The notes: generated by a model not told the origin, from the sequence alone. DNA of 64,000 bases from Octopus sinensis (GCF_006345805.1 NC_043002.1:50406001-50470000); one strand, 5' to 3'. Numbered from the stretch's first letter, positions 28,256-40,080 are shown. Translations and numbers: made by a program.

Positions 28256-28725
28256 ATCAGGACTCACGCCATTAGCCACAAAGTGTAATCTCTAATTCGA
28301 GCCTACTCTAAGCTACTAAGAATGCGTGTAGCAACTTGAAGACCCACCCCCACACACGCGATAGACTGGCGGTTGCACGGGCGCGAAAGCTACGTTATTG
28401 TCCTCATTCCGCAAACGGTGGTTTTTTTAACGGGTGGAGAGCTGAACCATCCTGGGGTGCAGAGGATTCGCAATCTAGACTAGGGTCTGAAAGTTTACCG
28501 CACCATAGTGGGTTACACCATGGTTTGTGGCAGAAGTAGGAAGAAAGAATGAGAGAAAGTTGTGGTGAAAGAGTACAGCAGGGTTCACCACTACCCACCG
28601 CCGGAGCATCGTGAAGCTTAGGTGTTTTGCTCAATAAACACTCACAATACCCGGTCTGAGAATCGAAACCGCATTCTTACGATCGCGAGTCCGCTGCCCT
28701 AACCACTGGACCATTGCGCCTCCAC
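28256..28725 (-). mobile_element. SINE family B head with a ~270-bp alternative tail, ending at (GAA)n
   Basis: Second copy at 45130-45606; tRNA A box tggtccagtgg and B box ggtttcgattc on the minus strand. Confidence 0.85.
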
Positions 28726-29139
28726 TGCTGCTGCTGTTGTTGGTACTTAGCGCCAGCTCCTTCCTGATCAAGCTGACCTATAGTCAAACTTACTCTAGCC
28801 TTGACAATCATAATTCTTCTATTTATCCAGAGACATCATGTCTTAGGTTTACGTTATCAAATGTCACCCTTTTCGAAGAAAGAATATATGGCTTGACTTA
28901 AGGAACATTTGGTTGCTATTTTTAGCAAATCGAGTGAGACCACGTACAGACTTATTTGTTGCATCATGCAACTATTAGCGAATGTTATGGTTGTTGTTGT
29001 TGTTGTTGCTGCTGTTTTTGTTATTGTTGTTATTATTGTTGTGATGTCTTTACTGCTGCTTTTGTAACCGTTGTTGCTGCAACAGAACCAGCATTATTCT
29101 TTATCCTGTTTTTCTTATTGTTACTTTACTGCTACAATT

Positions 29140-29157
29140 GCTACTACTACTACTACT

Positions 29158-29192
<35 letters not shown>

Positions 29193-29200
29193 ATAATAAT

Positions 29201-29231
<31 letters not shown>

Positions 29232-29258
29232 CCACCACCACCACCGCCGCTGCTACTG

Positions 29259-29304
<46 letters not shown>

Positions 29305-29493
29305 AACCACCACCACCACCAACGCTGCCGCCGCCGCTACTACTACAACTACTACTTACTACTACTACTATACTACTACTACTAGTAATACTAATACTAC
29401 TACAACCACCACCACCAACGCCGCCACCGCCGCTACTACTACTACTACTACTACTACTACTATACTACTACTACTACTACTGTTGCTGCTGGC

Positions 29494-29546
<53 letters not shown>

Positions 29547-29560
29547 ACGATATTACTGCT
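29140..29560. repeat. Compound trinucleotide repeat (ACT/AAT/ACC/GCT/GAT)
   Basis: Directly visible. Confidence 0.9.
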
Positions 29561-30176
29561 GTTACTTGCATCCACCCGTAAATAACAGCTGAGATGATAA
29601 GAACGCATTAAGGAGTCCATTCATGGAAATCAGTTTTTATCGGGTACATATTACCTGAATTTTGATGTATTCTAAGACACACTGAGAGACTGCAACTTTT
29701 GCACAACCAATAAAACATGCATTTAAGATGCAAACGTGCCTACTGGGCTTTTTCAAGGTGCACAGGCACTCAAAAATGTTTTATTACCTCGGCACATATG
29801 TCCCTACGTTCTGTGATTGATGAGATGATTCTGACTGTGTTTGGTGTCTGTTTTATGATTTTAATGTATGGATGTATGTGTGTGTATATATCTGCGTGTG
29901 CGTGTGTATGTGTGTATGAGTGTAGGTACCTGTGTGTGCGCATCTATGTATGTATGTATGTATGTGTATGTATGTATGTATGCATGTATCCAACGGTATG
30001 CGTGTATACATACATAAATATAAATATACATGTGCGTGTGTATGTATTTATATATATATATATATATATAGATATATATACATACATAAATACACACACA
30101 CATATACGCGCATGGATAAAGTAGATATAAACGTACAAGTAAATTCATAGATGTATTAATATGTACATATATTATA

Positions 30177-30261
<85 letters not shown>

Positions 30262-30337
30262 CATACACACACACACATATATATATTAAAAATATATATG
30301 TAAATATATATATATGTATGTATGTATATATGCATGA

Positions 30338-30377
<40 letters not shown>

Positions 30378-30571
30378 GTTCAGACACACATAGGCTTGGA
30401 GATAGAATTACCTGCAATTATGCATTCTTATTCAGGCAAGCGAACAAATGTATACACACACATGTATAGAAATCCATTTATGTACTTACACACATGCATA
30501 CATACATGCACATATACATACATGCATACGTCCGCATATACATACATGCATACGTCCGCATACGTATATAT

Positions 30572-30622
<51 letters not shown>

Positions 30623-31772
30623 TATACACGTATATATATATATATACGTATATATATATACGTATATGTGGATATATATATATATATATATACGTATATA
30701 TACGTATATGTGTGTGAATATATATATATATATATATATGTACATACACACACACTCTCTCATACCCACACGCGCACTCTATCTTTCTCTTTCTCTATCT
30801 CTTTCTTACATACACACATACACACATATTCAGAAGGAAAAGAAAAGAAGGAGAGGAACAGAGAAAAGGTGAGAGGGGAAAGAGAAATAAAGATTGACAA
30901 AGAGAAGAGATAACCAGAGAAAGCTGGGATCTGTTAAGTTATGGTGTTATATGTGTAGAGAAACACTATGTTATATTTTATGCATTCCACCTCTATCTAC
31001 ATATGAACGTAGTACATTCATATATATTAAATCTATTAAGTTATGGCAGTGTGTTATTTTCTGTTATGGGCTGTTCGGCTGGGATATTCAATATGTATAT
31101 ATATATGTATATATATATATATTATATATATATATATATTATATATAATATATATATATATATATAATATATATATAATATATATATATATTCCTATGTA
31201 TATATATGTCTGTATGTATATATATCCAAGTGCGTATACGTGTATGAATGTGTGTGAGTGAGTACGTGGGCGCTTATATGTAAGCATGTCTTTGCTTATG
31301 GTATAAAGTATAAATTTGATGTAATATGATAAGATACGTATAATGTTATAGGAGCATACATCGAAAATTCATGGATGGACACACACACGCACACACACAC
31401 AAACATACAAAAGCATCCATGCATACCTATGGATACACGCATGATGCAGGAGCACGCATGCGTGCATACGCGCACTTTTTAACGTATTAAAGCAAAAACG
31501 CTCTGTGCAGAACTCATCTGTTTCACGGAACCGTGAAACGGGTGAGCCCTCTGTAGTGCTTTTTGCTCCTAATGAACACATACACTTCTATGAAACAATT
31601 CAACACGCGTATTGAGTTCTCATTTGTACAAACTCTTCTCCCCAGTTCCACTCTGACAAGGGTGAGTGTTCGTTGGATTTCGTTATTTTGGAGCACTGCT
31701 TTTTTTGACTTAGTTTCATAAATGACTGAGTTTATCAAGCATGCCTGACCAAATAAGCAAGCTTCAGGGACT

Positions 31773-31872
31773 NNNNNNNNNNNNNNNNNNNNNNNNNNNN
31801 NNNNNNNNNNNNNNNNNNNNNNNNNNNNNNNNNNNNNNNNNNNNNNNNNNNNNNNNNNNNNNNNNNNNNNNN
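31773..31872. other. 100-N scaffold gap
   Basis: Exactly 100 N; the flanks duplicate each other. Confidence 0.99.
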
Positions 31873-32211
31873 TCTCTTTCTCTATCTCTTTCTTACATAC
31901 ACACATACACACATATTCAGAAGGAAAGAAAAGAAGGAGAGGAACAGAGAAAAGGTGAGAGGGGAAAGAGAAATAAAGATTGACAAAGAGAAGAGATAAC
32001 CAGAGAAAGCTGGGATCTGTTAAGTTATGGTGTTATATGTGTAGAGAACACTATGTTATATTTTTGCATTCCACTCTATCTACTATGAACGTAGTACATC
32101 ATATATATTAAATCTATTAAGTTATGGCAGTGTTGTATTTATGTTATGGGCTGTTATATATCAAATGTATAATATTGTATTATATATATATATATATATA
32201 TATATATTAAT

Positions 32212-32268
<57 letters not shown>

Positions 32269-32859
32269 TCCTATGTATATATATCTGTATGTATATATAT
32301 CCAAGTGCGTATACGTGTATGAATGTGTGTGAGTGAGTACGTGGGCGCTTATATGTAAGCATGTCTTTGCTTATGGTAAAAGTATAAATTTGAGGTAATA
32401 TGATAAGATACGTATAATGTTATAGGAGCATACATCGAAAATTCAGGATGGACACCCCACGCACACACACACAAACATACAAAAGAATCCATGCATACCT
32501 ATGGATACACGCATGATGCAGGAGCACGAATGCTGCATACGCGCACTTTTTAACGTATTAAAGCAAAAACGCTCTGTGCAGAACTCATCTGTTTCACGGA
32601 ACCGTGAAACGGGTGAGCCCTCTGTAGTGCTTTTTGCTCCTAATGAACACATACACTTCTATGAAACATATTCAACACGCGTATTGAGTTCTCATTTGTA
32701 CAACTATTCTCTTCCCAGTTCCACTCTGACAAGAGGATGAGTGTTCGTTTGGATTTCGTTATTTTGGAGCACTGCTTTGACTTTAGTTTCATAAATGACT
32801 GAGTTTATCAAGCATGCCTGACCAAGTAAGCAAGCTTCAGGGACTCAATAGCTACAACT

Positions 32860-33735
32860 AGGAGTGGGCTCTTGACTTAGCTTGTGAATGATAATGTCCT
32901 TCACATTGGTGCAGCAGTGGAACGAAATTGCTACTGAAGTCTATAAAAAATTTCTTGTATTTATGGTTTACTGGGAAATGCTTGTCTAATAATGCCTATA
33001 TTAGTCTAGACATTGAAAGAGAAAGGAGAAAAGGTGAACCATACTTATTTTCCTTGGTCTATTTTTAGGTTTCATATTTAGCCCATAGGAGTGGGCTCTT
33101 GACTTAGCTTGTGAATGATAATGTCCTTCACATTGGTGCAGCAGTGGAACGAAATTGCTACTGAAGTCTATAAAAAATTTCTTGTATTTATGGTTTACTG
33201 GGAAATGCTTGTCTAATAATGCCTATATTAGTCTAGACATTGAAAGAGAAAGGAGAAAAGGTGAACCATACTTATTTTCCTTGGTCTATTTTTAGGTTTC
33301 ATATTTTTAGTCGAAGGGTTGTAGGGTATCTTTGAAATCGCTCTTAGCTAGGGCATCATTATAGTAGAGGGCTGCTTTATCAAATATTTCCTTAGGAGTG
33401 AAGAGATTTAGATATTCAAGTAATGATATTGGCTGTCAGGTCTTTAAACATTAAAGCGGTAATAGGACTGTTTAAGTATATACGTCACTTTGTAATTCGG
33501 TTTAAGATAGGGCTTATAAGAACACGAGTTTTAAAATCCAAGGAAACATCTAAGAAGTCAACTTTAGATAGGTTAGTGGTTACAGTAATTTTGAGGCTTT
33601 ATTGACTAAAGGTATATATGAGATTTTTCCTAAATTCATTGAGTGTATGTCCGTCACAGTCGTGAGATATACCCAAACCATCGTCACGGTATAGATCGAT
33701 GTCATAGAGTGGGATCTCAATGTTTCTAATATATG
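32860..33735 (-). pseudogene. Penelope-like element RT/thumb/linker remnant
   Basis: EIPLYDIDLYRDDGLG...KITVTTNLSKVDFLDVSLD...YKPYLKPN...KEIFDKAALYYNDAL...KNRPRKI.WF...LLDKHFPVNHKYKK, with stops and frameshifts. Confidence 0.85.
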
Positions 33736-33736
33736 G

Positions 33737-33870
33737 ATGCAGTAAAATTGTCGGATGGGGAGTCAAATATCCAACGTTTCCAAGATAGTTCTTCAAGGTG
33801 AAGTTGACAGGAAGAAAATAAAAGACACCAAGCAGTGCTTTAAAAACCTCTATGTTTGAGAAACTGGCTG
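33737..33870 (-). repeat. pLTR-like segment with a degenerate minimal hammerhead-like motif
   Basis: Abuts the 5'-truncated PLE RT; an inverted homologue lies at 36003-36140. Confidence 0.6.
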
Positions 33871-34789
33871 CAACATTTATTCTTTCTATATAGCTTCTTC
33901 ACTTACAAAGAGGTATAATGTTGGTAAAGCCTTATTATCTATGACAATAAGAGGTTCGATTGAGCATATTGTGCGCTTAATTCTACGATAGATATAGAAA
34001 AAAAGGGGATCTGCAGAAGAAGCAGTTAAGATGTCGGAGTCTAGCTTAGATCAATAAAGAGGTTTAAGCTGGAGACAGTCTATTTGAGTTTACATTCAGG
34101 GTATCATGGGCAGAAAGAAACTAGCGAGATTTTCTAATTCTCGGAAAAAGGAATAAAAATTGCTTTCAAGTTACATAGGCAATCAATGCTGATAATTAAA
34201 AAAAAAATGGTAACAGCAAAGATACTGCAAAATCATTGAATCATCAAACTTCCTCCGGGAATTGGAAAATTCTAGAATGCACTTCCTTTTATGTACATCA
34301 CTTGTTGTGTTTTCTACACCAGAGCTATCTGAAGTTATCAGTTTAAGATAGTTTTTAACAGATAGAATAAGATTGGAGCTATGATACGCAATACCTTCTC
34401 TCTGTGTGCGATTGATCTTCATCTTTTTTTATACTTGGCATCGTAATAGATTATCGAGAGTTTTGTGTGATGTACAAAAGAAACAAGCGTTCAAATCAAA
34501 TTTTCTAAAGAAAAGGATTTTCTAGTTTTTAAAATACGCAAAGTTAAGTCAGGTAAATTATTTCTGGGAACCTCTGATAGAAAACTTTGAGAAAAAGTCT
34601 AGGAAAAATCCTTCAATTTCCAAACTACGTTGCTGATCTCTTAGTACAGTTTCTCCTTTAAGTAAGGGTGCCAGGGGAGAAAGATTTGGAGTAAGCACAT
34701 TAATGAAAGCATTAACCTTAATGAAATCAGGAGTATAAAATCTTTGTGAATTAATCGGGTAACCAAATACTTCATAATCAACAAAGCCT

Positions 34790-35090
34790 GCATTTCTCTT
34801 TATAAAGCCAAAGCATGGACTGTGGACGAGCTTCATGATCACCTTGAGGGTACATACGCCAGGTTTGTCAGGAGTGTTCAAAATATCTCATAACTTGTGC
34901 ACAAGACCAAATAAAAAAGTTATGGATACATTTCCCCGACATCTACCTTTATTGCTCAACACAAGTTATGCTTCGGTTACCGTTGCTATCGTGCTGAGCC
35001 ATACGCCATATAGAATGATATATTTTGGAAATCGCTGCACCATAACAGAGGATGAAAACCACTCAACTACAGAGCGTTCGGGATAAATTT
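34790..35090 (+). mobile_element. RTE-clade LINE ORF C-terminal fragment
   Basis: LYKAKAWTVDELHDHLEGTYARFVRSVQNIS ... YGYISPTSTFIAQHKLCFGYRCYRAE resembles LYGAEAWT...LDGTYTRMLR...RFAGHCYRA. Confidence 0.6.
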
Positions 35091-35224
35091 GGCACTTTTC
35101 TATGTCTCCTTTTTTATCAGAACCAGTTTGATGTATTGCTGAACAATCTTTTGTTTGAGAACACCAAGGTTAAAGTTGTAGCTGAGAAAAAAGTTAACTG
35201 ACATAGAGGACTAGAAGCCATCAG

Positions 35225-35560
35225 AATATTGAGAAAGAGTTACCTGTGTCACGATGGTTCGCGTCGGATATCAGAATGCCAGCAGCATGACTGCTGCTCA
35301 TTGCTCCGTGAACAATGTAAAGGCTGTAAGATGTGATATGGATCACTGCAACGGAGGGTACAAAGCTGTGGCCAGCATGAAGGGACATTATAGGTATTCT
35401 GAATGCGTCCCTACGCCGGAATTCATCCAACATTTTGGCCAGAGACTTAGGCTCAATTCAGACGGCTACATGAAGCTGCCGGAAATCGTGCTGGCAAGAT
35501 CAAGGAGGTACTCGAAGATTTTTCCAAGGACTCAGTGAGGAACGCATATTAATGCAAGTG
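35225..35560 (+). mobile_element. Internally deleted maT/DD37D-like mariner remnant
   Basis: LRLNSDGYMKL joined directly to a segment resembling IKEVLEDF..DSVRNA; homologous to 60545-60942. Confidence 0.55.
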
Positions 35561-36002
35561 GCAGAGACATACAGCAAGGAATGACTGAGAAAGCTTTTCT
35601 AGGGTGGGATTCCCGGCGCAGAATTATGGAATGTATCTTAGTTTTAACCGCTTGAGGACGATATAATCTACACTCAATGCTTATATATTATTATTACAAA
35701 TGAAACAGAATGCAAAAGCACACGTGTTGGTTTGCGTCGGTAAAACTTGTATTATTTGAAGAAAGAAAAAACGGCAGAAATTGCTGTGGGAAGTGGAATA
35801 TTCAGTGTTTCGAACAAACTTCTTCAGGGTGAAGTTGACCGGAAGGCAATAAAAGGAAGACAGCTGGGTTTTTAATTTTCGAAGTTTAAGAATCAGGCTA
35901 CAAAAGATGTCCGAAACATTGGACGTTCCATAATTTAAAAGTCACAGAAATTGTACAGTGAAATTGCCGTGGCGAATGAAATATCCAACATTTCGGATAT
36001 CA

Positions 36003-36140
36003 GTTGCAGCCAGTTTCTCAAGCATAGATTTTAAAAAAAACACTGCTTGTTGTCTTTTATTTTCTTCCTGTCAACTTTACCTTGAAGGACTGTCTTGGAA
36101 ACGTTGGATATTTGACTCCCCATCCGGCAATTTCACTGCA
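36003..36140 (+). repeat. pLTR-like segment, inverted copy of 33737-33870
   Basis: gttgcagccagtttctcaa...ttttattttcttcctgtcaact...ggaaacgttggatatttgactccccatcc shared in opposite orientation. Confidence 0.8.
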
Positions 36141-37154
36141 TTCTTTCCGTTAACATTTTCAAAGAATTATACTGACGTCTTATCTAGAATGCTAATGTAG
36201 CTTGCACGTAAATAAACTAGAATCTAGCCACGAGATTCTAGTTTATTTAAGTTATTGTACAGTATGGCTCCTAACTACATTTCTTTGACTCAATACAGCA
36301 ACTGTATTTATCTCATTTGTCTGCATGTAATACACACACAAACACAGACAGACACACACACACGCGCGTATATATCGCAAGCATTTAAATAGTTGGCGGC
36401 ATCAACCAAAGGAAACAGATTTCGGTCCTATCATTTAATGACTAAATAGTTGACACCACCACACGTACACAATTTTCACCAAAAGCCATCGAGGAATAAT
36501 GATATTTGACAACGTATTGCAAAACAATGACTATGGAAAGCTCTATATAATATCAACGCCCAGACTTCGACAGCAAAGTCTAATGTGTTTTGCAAGATTT
36601 CCTACCCACATCACTTTTGCCGACATCATAATATTGCTTTTCTTTTACTCTGGTGAGACATATGAATGATCTTATGAATATATTGAAATATTAAACATGA
36701 TTGATACATTCATTTATTATTTAGATATCTATCTATCTTAATATCACTTTTAACGTGAATCTTATTGATTTTGCTTCTACATCATGTATGTGAATATATG
36801 TATATATGCATATGTGAATATATAAACGCATACATATATACATATAAACATAAACACACACACATATATACATAAACATATATATATATAATATGATAAT
36901 ATGATGTGTACATACTCTCATATTATATATATGCATTATCATGCATAGAAACAGATACACATGCAGACATGTATACACACTCACATTAACACGCAAACCA
37001 TGTATATATATATGTATGTTTACATAATGTACATATATATGTGTGTGTATTTATATGTATGTATATGTGTATATACATATACATAAACACACGTGTGTAT
37101 GTGTGTAAATGTATAAATACCTGTACATATGTATACATATATATATATATAATA

Positions 37155-37200
<46 letters not shown>

Positions 37201-37669
37201 ATGTATGTATATATGTGTGCGTGTGTGTGTGTGTACGTGTGTGTTCGTAAATGCATGTTGCGTTTAGTATATGTTAGTATGTAGCTATGTATGTGATTGT
37301 TTATGCATGCATAACCCCCATAACGATAATAATTGGAAAACGTATATCAAGAATTCATACAGAAATAGAAATAGAGGAGCCGAGTGGTGCGCTTTTCAGG
37401 TCGAGAATGTATGTCTATATATATATATATATATATAATTAATCAATATAGGGAGGCAAAAAAATTTTTTGTAGAATTCTTTTGCCTCCAGCGGCCTAGT
37501 GGGAAAAAATTAAATAGTCATAAACCATTTTTAAGTTCAATATCACAATCAAGGAACGGCCATAATAGGCCATTCACCCACTAGAAATAACAGCCAAAAA
37601 GCTTCAACCGCAAAATAACATTAATTCTGTAAACCAGGAGAAAATTAAAAAAAAAACATTTACCCTGAA

Positions 37670-37776
37670 ATTCCTTATACGATGCACCGTTTCGTCTACT
37701 GTTTAATGGTAAACTAATCTGATTAAATTAAATCAAGCCAATCTACCATAGGCCCTTAGATTCATCAGTAAGGAAT
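37670..37776 (-). ncRNA. Type I hammerhead ribozyme, left-arm copy
   Basis: Reverse complement of 38543-38649. Confidence 0.75.
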
Positions 37777-38542
37777 AGCCAAATCGGAACAGATATTTTT
37801 CACGAGGCATTCACGTCCATGCCTCGCCAATATCTGACCTAAAATTTTCAAATCGTCGCACTCGCGCCAAATTTATCGGCAGCAAATAAATATAAGCCGC
37901 CGATTCCATTACGGAACTAACCAGAAAATTCATAATTAATCAATATAGGGAGGCAAAAAAATTTTTTGTAGAATTCTTTTGCCCCCAGCGGCCTAGTGGG
38001 AAAAAATTAAATAGTCATAAACCATTTTTAAGTTCAATATCACAATCAAGGAACGGCCATAATAGGCCATTCACCCACTAGAAATAACAGCCAAAAAGCT
38101 TCAACCGCAAAATAACATTAATTCTGTAAACCAGGAGAAAATTAAAAAAAAAACATTTACCCTGAAATTTTTTTTAATTTTCTCCTGGTTTACAGAATTA
38201 ATGTTATTTTGCGGTTGAAGCTTTTTGGCTGTTATTTCTAGTGGGTGAATGGCCTATTATGGCCGTTCCTTGATTGTGATATTGAACTTAAAAATGGTTT
38301 ATGACTATTTAATTTTTTCCCACTAGGCCGCTGGGGGCAAAAGAATTCTACAAAAAATTTTTTTGCCTCCCTATATTGATTAATTATGAATTTTCTGGTT
38401 AGTTCCGTAATGGAATCGGCGGCTTATATTTATTTGCTGCCGATAAATTTGGCGCGAGTGCGACGATTTGAAAATTTTAGGTCAGATATTGGCGAGGCAT
38501 GGACGTGAATGCCTCGTGAAAAATATCTGTTCCGATTTGGCT

Positions 38543-38649
38543 ATTCCTTACTGATGAATCTAAGGGCCTATGGTAGATTGGCTTGATTTAATTTAATCAG
38601 ATTAGTTTACCATTAAACAGTAGACGAAACGGTGCATCGTATAAGGAAT
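38543..38649 (+). ncRNA. Type I hammerhead ribozyme with 68-nt stem II region
   Basis: attcctta-CTGATGA-[atcta...tagac]-GAAAC-G-gtgcat-C-GTA-taaggaat: perfect 8-bp stem I; stem III of A-U, C-G, G-C, G-U with a UGCA loop; GUA site after 38641. A10.1-C11.1 is non-canonical. Confidence 0.75.
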
Positions 38650-38771
38650 TTCAGGGTAAATGTTTTTTTTAAATTTTCTCCTGGCTTACAGAATTAATGT
38701 TATTTTGCGGTTGAAGCTTTTTGGCTGTTATTTCTAGTGGGTGAATGGCCTATTATGGCCGTTCCTTGATT

Positions 38772-38815
<44 letters not shown>

Positions 38816-38949
38816 CAGTCGTATATATATGTGTGTGTGTACATATGTACTTATACAAACACACACACACATATATATATATGTACACATACACATATAT
38901 ATAAGAATGTTTTAGTATATTATTATTATTATTATTATTATTATCATCA

Positions 38950-39355
38950 TCATAATTATTGTTCAGTAGTTTTATTTTTATATCGTGCTTTCACTTTACT
39001 ACCGATCGCAGCTCTGTGTGCCTTAGGTATGTGCTGTGGTTTGCTGTGATGCTCTTATGGTTACTGTATTGAAAGTGTCTTGCGTAGGATGTGTGCAGTG
39101 CCCAGTAGTGCAACTTTCTGTATGTTATATATATTTGTAAGTCCTGGTGTTTTTGTTATGTATTTGTCTGAATATTTTTTTTTATCATACCTAATGCGCC
39201 CACTATGATAGGAATTGTTTCTGTTTTTAGATACCACATTCGAGTTACCTCTATTTCCAGGTGTTTGTATTTTGAAAGTTTCTCTATTTCTTTTAGAGAA
39301 ACGTTGTCATCTGCTGGTATTGATACTACAATTAGAAAGCATTTTTTTCATGATC
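38950..39355 (-). mobile_element. RLE-type non-LTR retrotransposon 3' end
   Basis: CFLIVVSIPADDNVSLKEIEKLSKYKHLEIEVTRMWYLKTETIPIIVGALGMIKK...KVALLGTAHILRKTLSIQ*; UTR then (TAA)n at 38920-38945. Confidence 0.85.
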
Positions 39356-39679
39356 TCTGACCTATAGATATAGGTCAGAGATCTATAGGTCTATATCTAT
39401 AGGTAAATAGGCTACATCTGGCCTATTGATCTTAAATTTCTCTGTGCGTGTATTGGCATATCCCAGAGTATCGTTGCTTTCTCGTTTTCTGTGACCTTTT
39501 CTGGCACGTGCCTATACCATCTTTTTTTTTGTTATTCCATGGTGTTGGCATAGCTTCCAGTGTATGTAGGTCCCAGCTCTGCCGTGTCTGTGAATACATT
39601 TCTTCTTGCCATCGTTTTATCATGGTCCGTTGCAGTTCTAGTTTTAGTTTGGATTTCATTTGTTTTATGGCTTTTGTTT

Positions 39680-39845
39680 CTTCTTCTTCTTCTTCTTCTT
39701 CTTCTTCTTCTTCTTCTTCTTCTTCTTCTTCTTTTCTTCTTCTTCTTCTTCTTCTTCTTCTTCTTCTTCTTCTTCTTCTTCTCTTCTTCTTCTTCTTCTT
39801 CTTCTTCTTCTTCTTCTTCTTCTTCTTCTTCTTCTTCTTCTTCAT
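39680..39845. repeat. (TTC)n microsatellite
   Basis: Directly visible. Confidence 0.95.
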
Positions 39846-39851
39846 AACTAA

Positions 39852-40080
39852 CCTTCATCGGTTGTCGGCTGTCCAACTGCACCTCATTCAGAGCATTGAA
39901 CGACAATATGAGTCTTCCAAGGGCAGTTGCTCTCGCAAACGGAAATATAATTTAGGGTTTGCGGAAGGTCAAAGTTGGTAACAAAAAACAGGACAGCGGA
40001 GACGTACAAGGAATTTAGCACCATTTCTGACTGACTTCTTGCAAAAGGACATATAATTTTCTTGATATGCTATTTCAGTA
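39852..40080. repeat. Unclassified interspersed repeat, second copy at 44540-44765
   Basis: ttgtcggctgtccaact...cgacaatatgagtctt...gatatgctatttcagtaat is shared; both copies run into (ATC/ATT)n. Confidence 0.8.

Larger units (their letters stand above)
37436..38777. mobile_element. HHR-containing ~497-nt repeat in partial-tandem plus inverted arrangement (retrozyme/PLE-pLTR-like)
   Basis: Unit start taattaatcaatataggg at 37436 and 37933; arms 37541-38151 and 38168-38777 are reverse complements; (TA)n on both sides. Confidence 0.85.

Noticed and set aside
31640-31670. Apparent 16-nt microexon (ctccccag|...aagg|gtgagt)
   Set aside because: The duplicate copy reads aagaggatgagt; the site is at an error-prone contig end.
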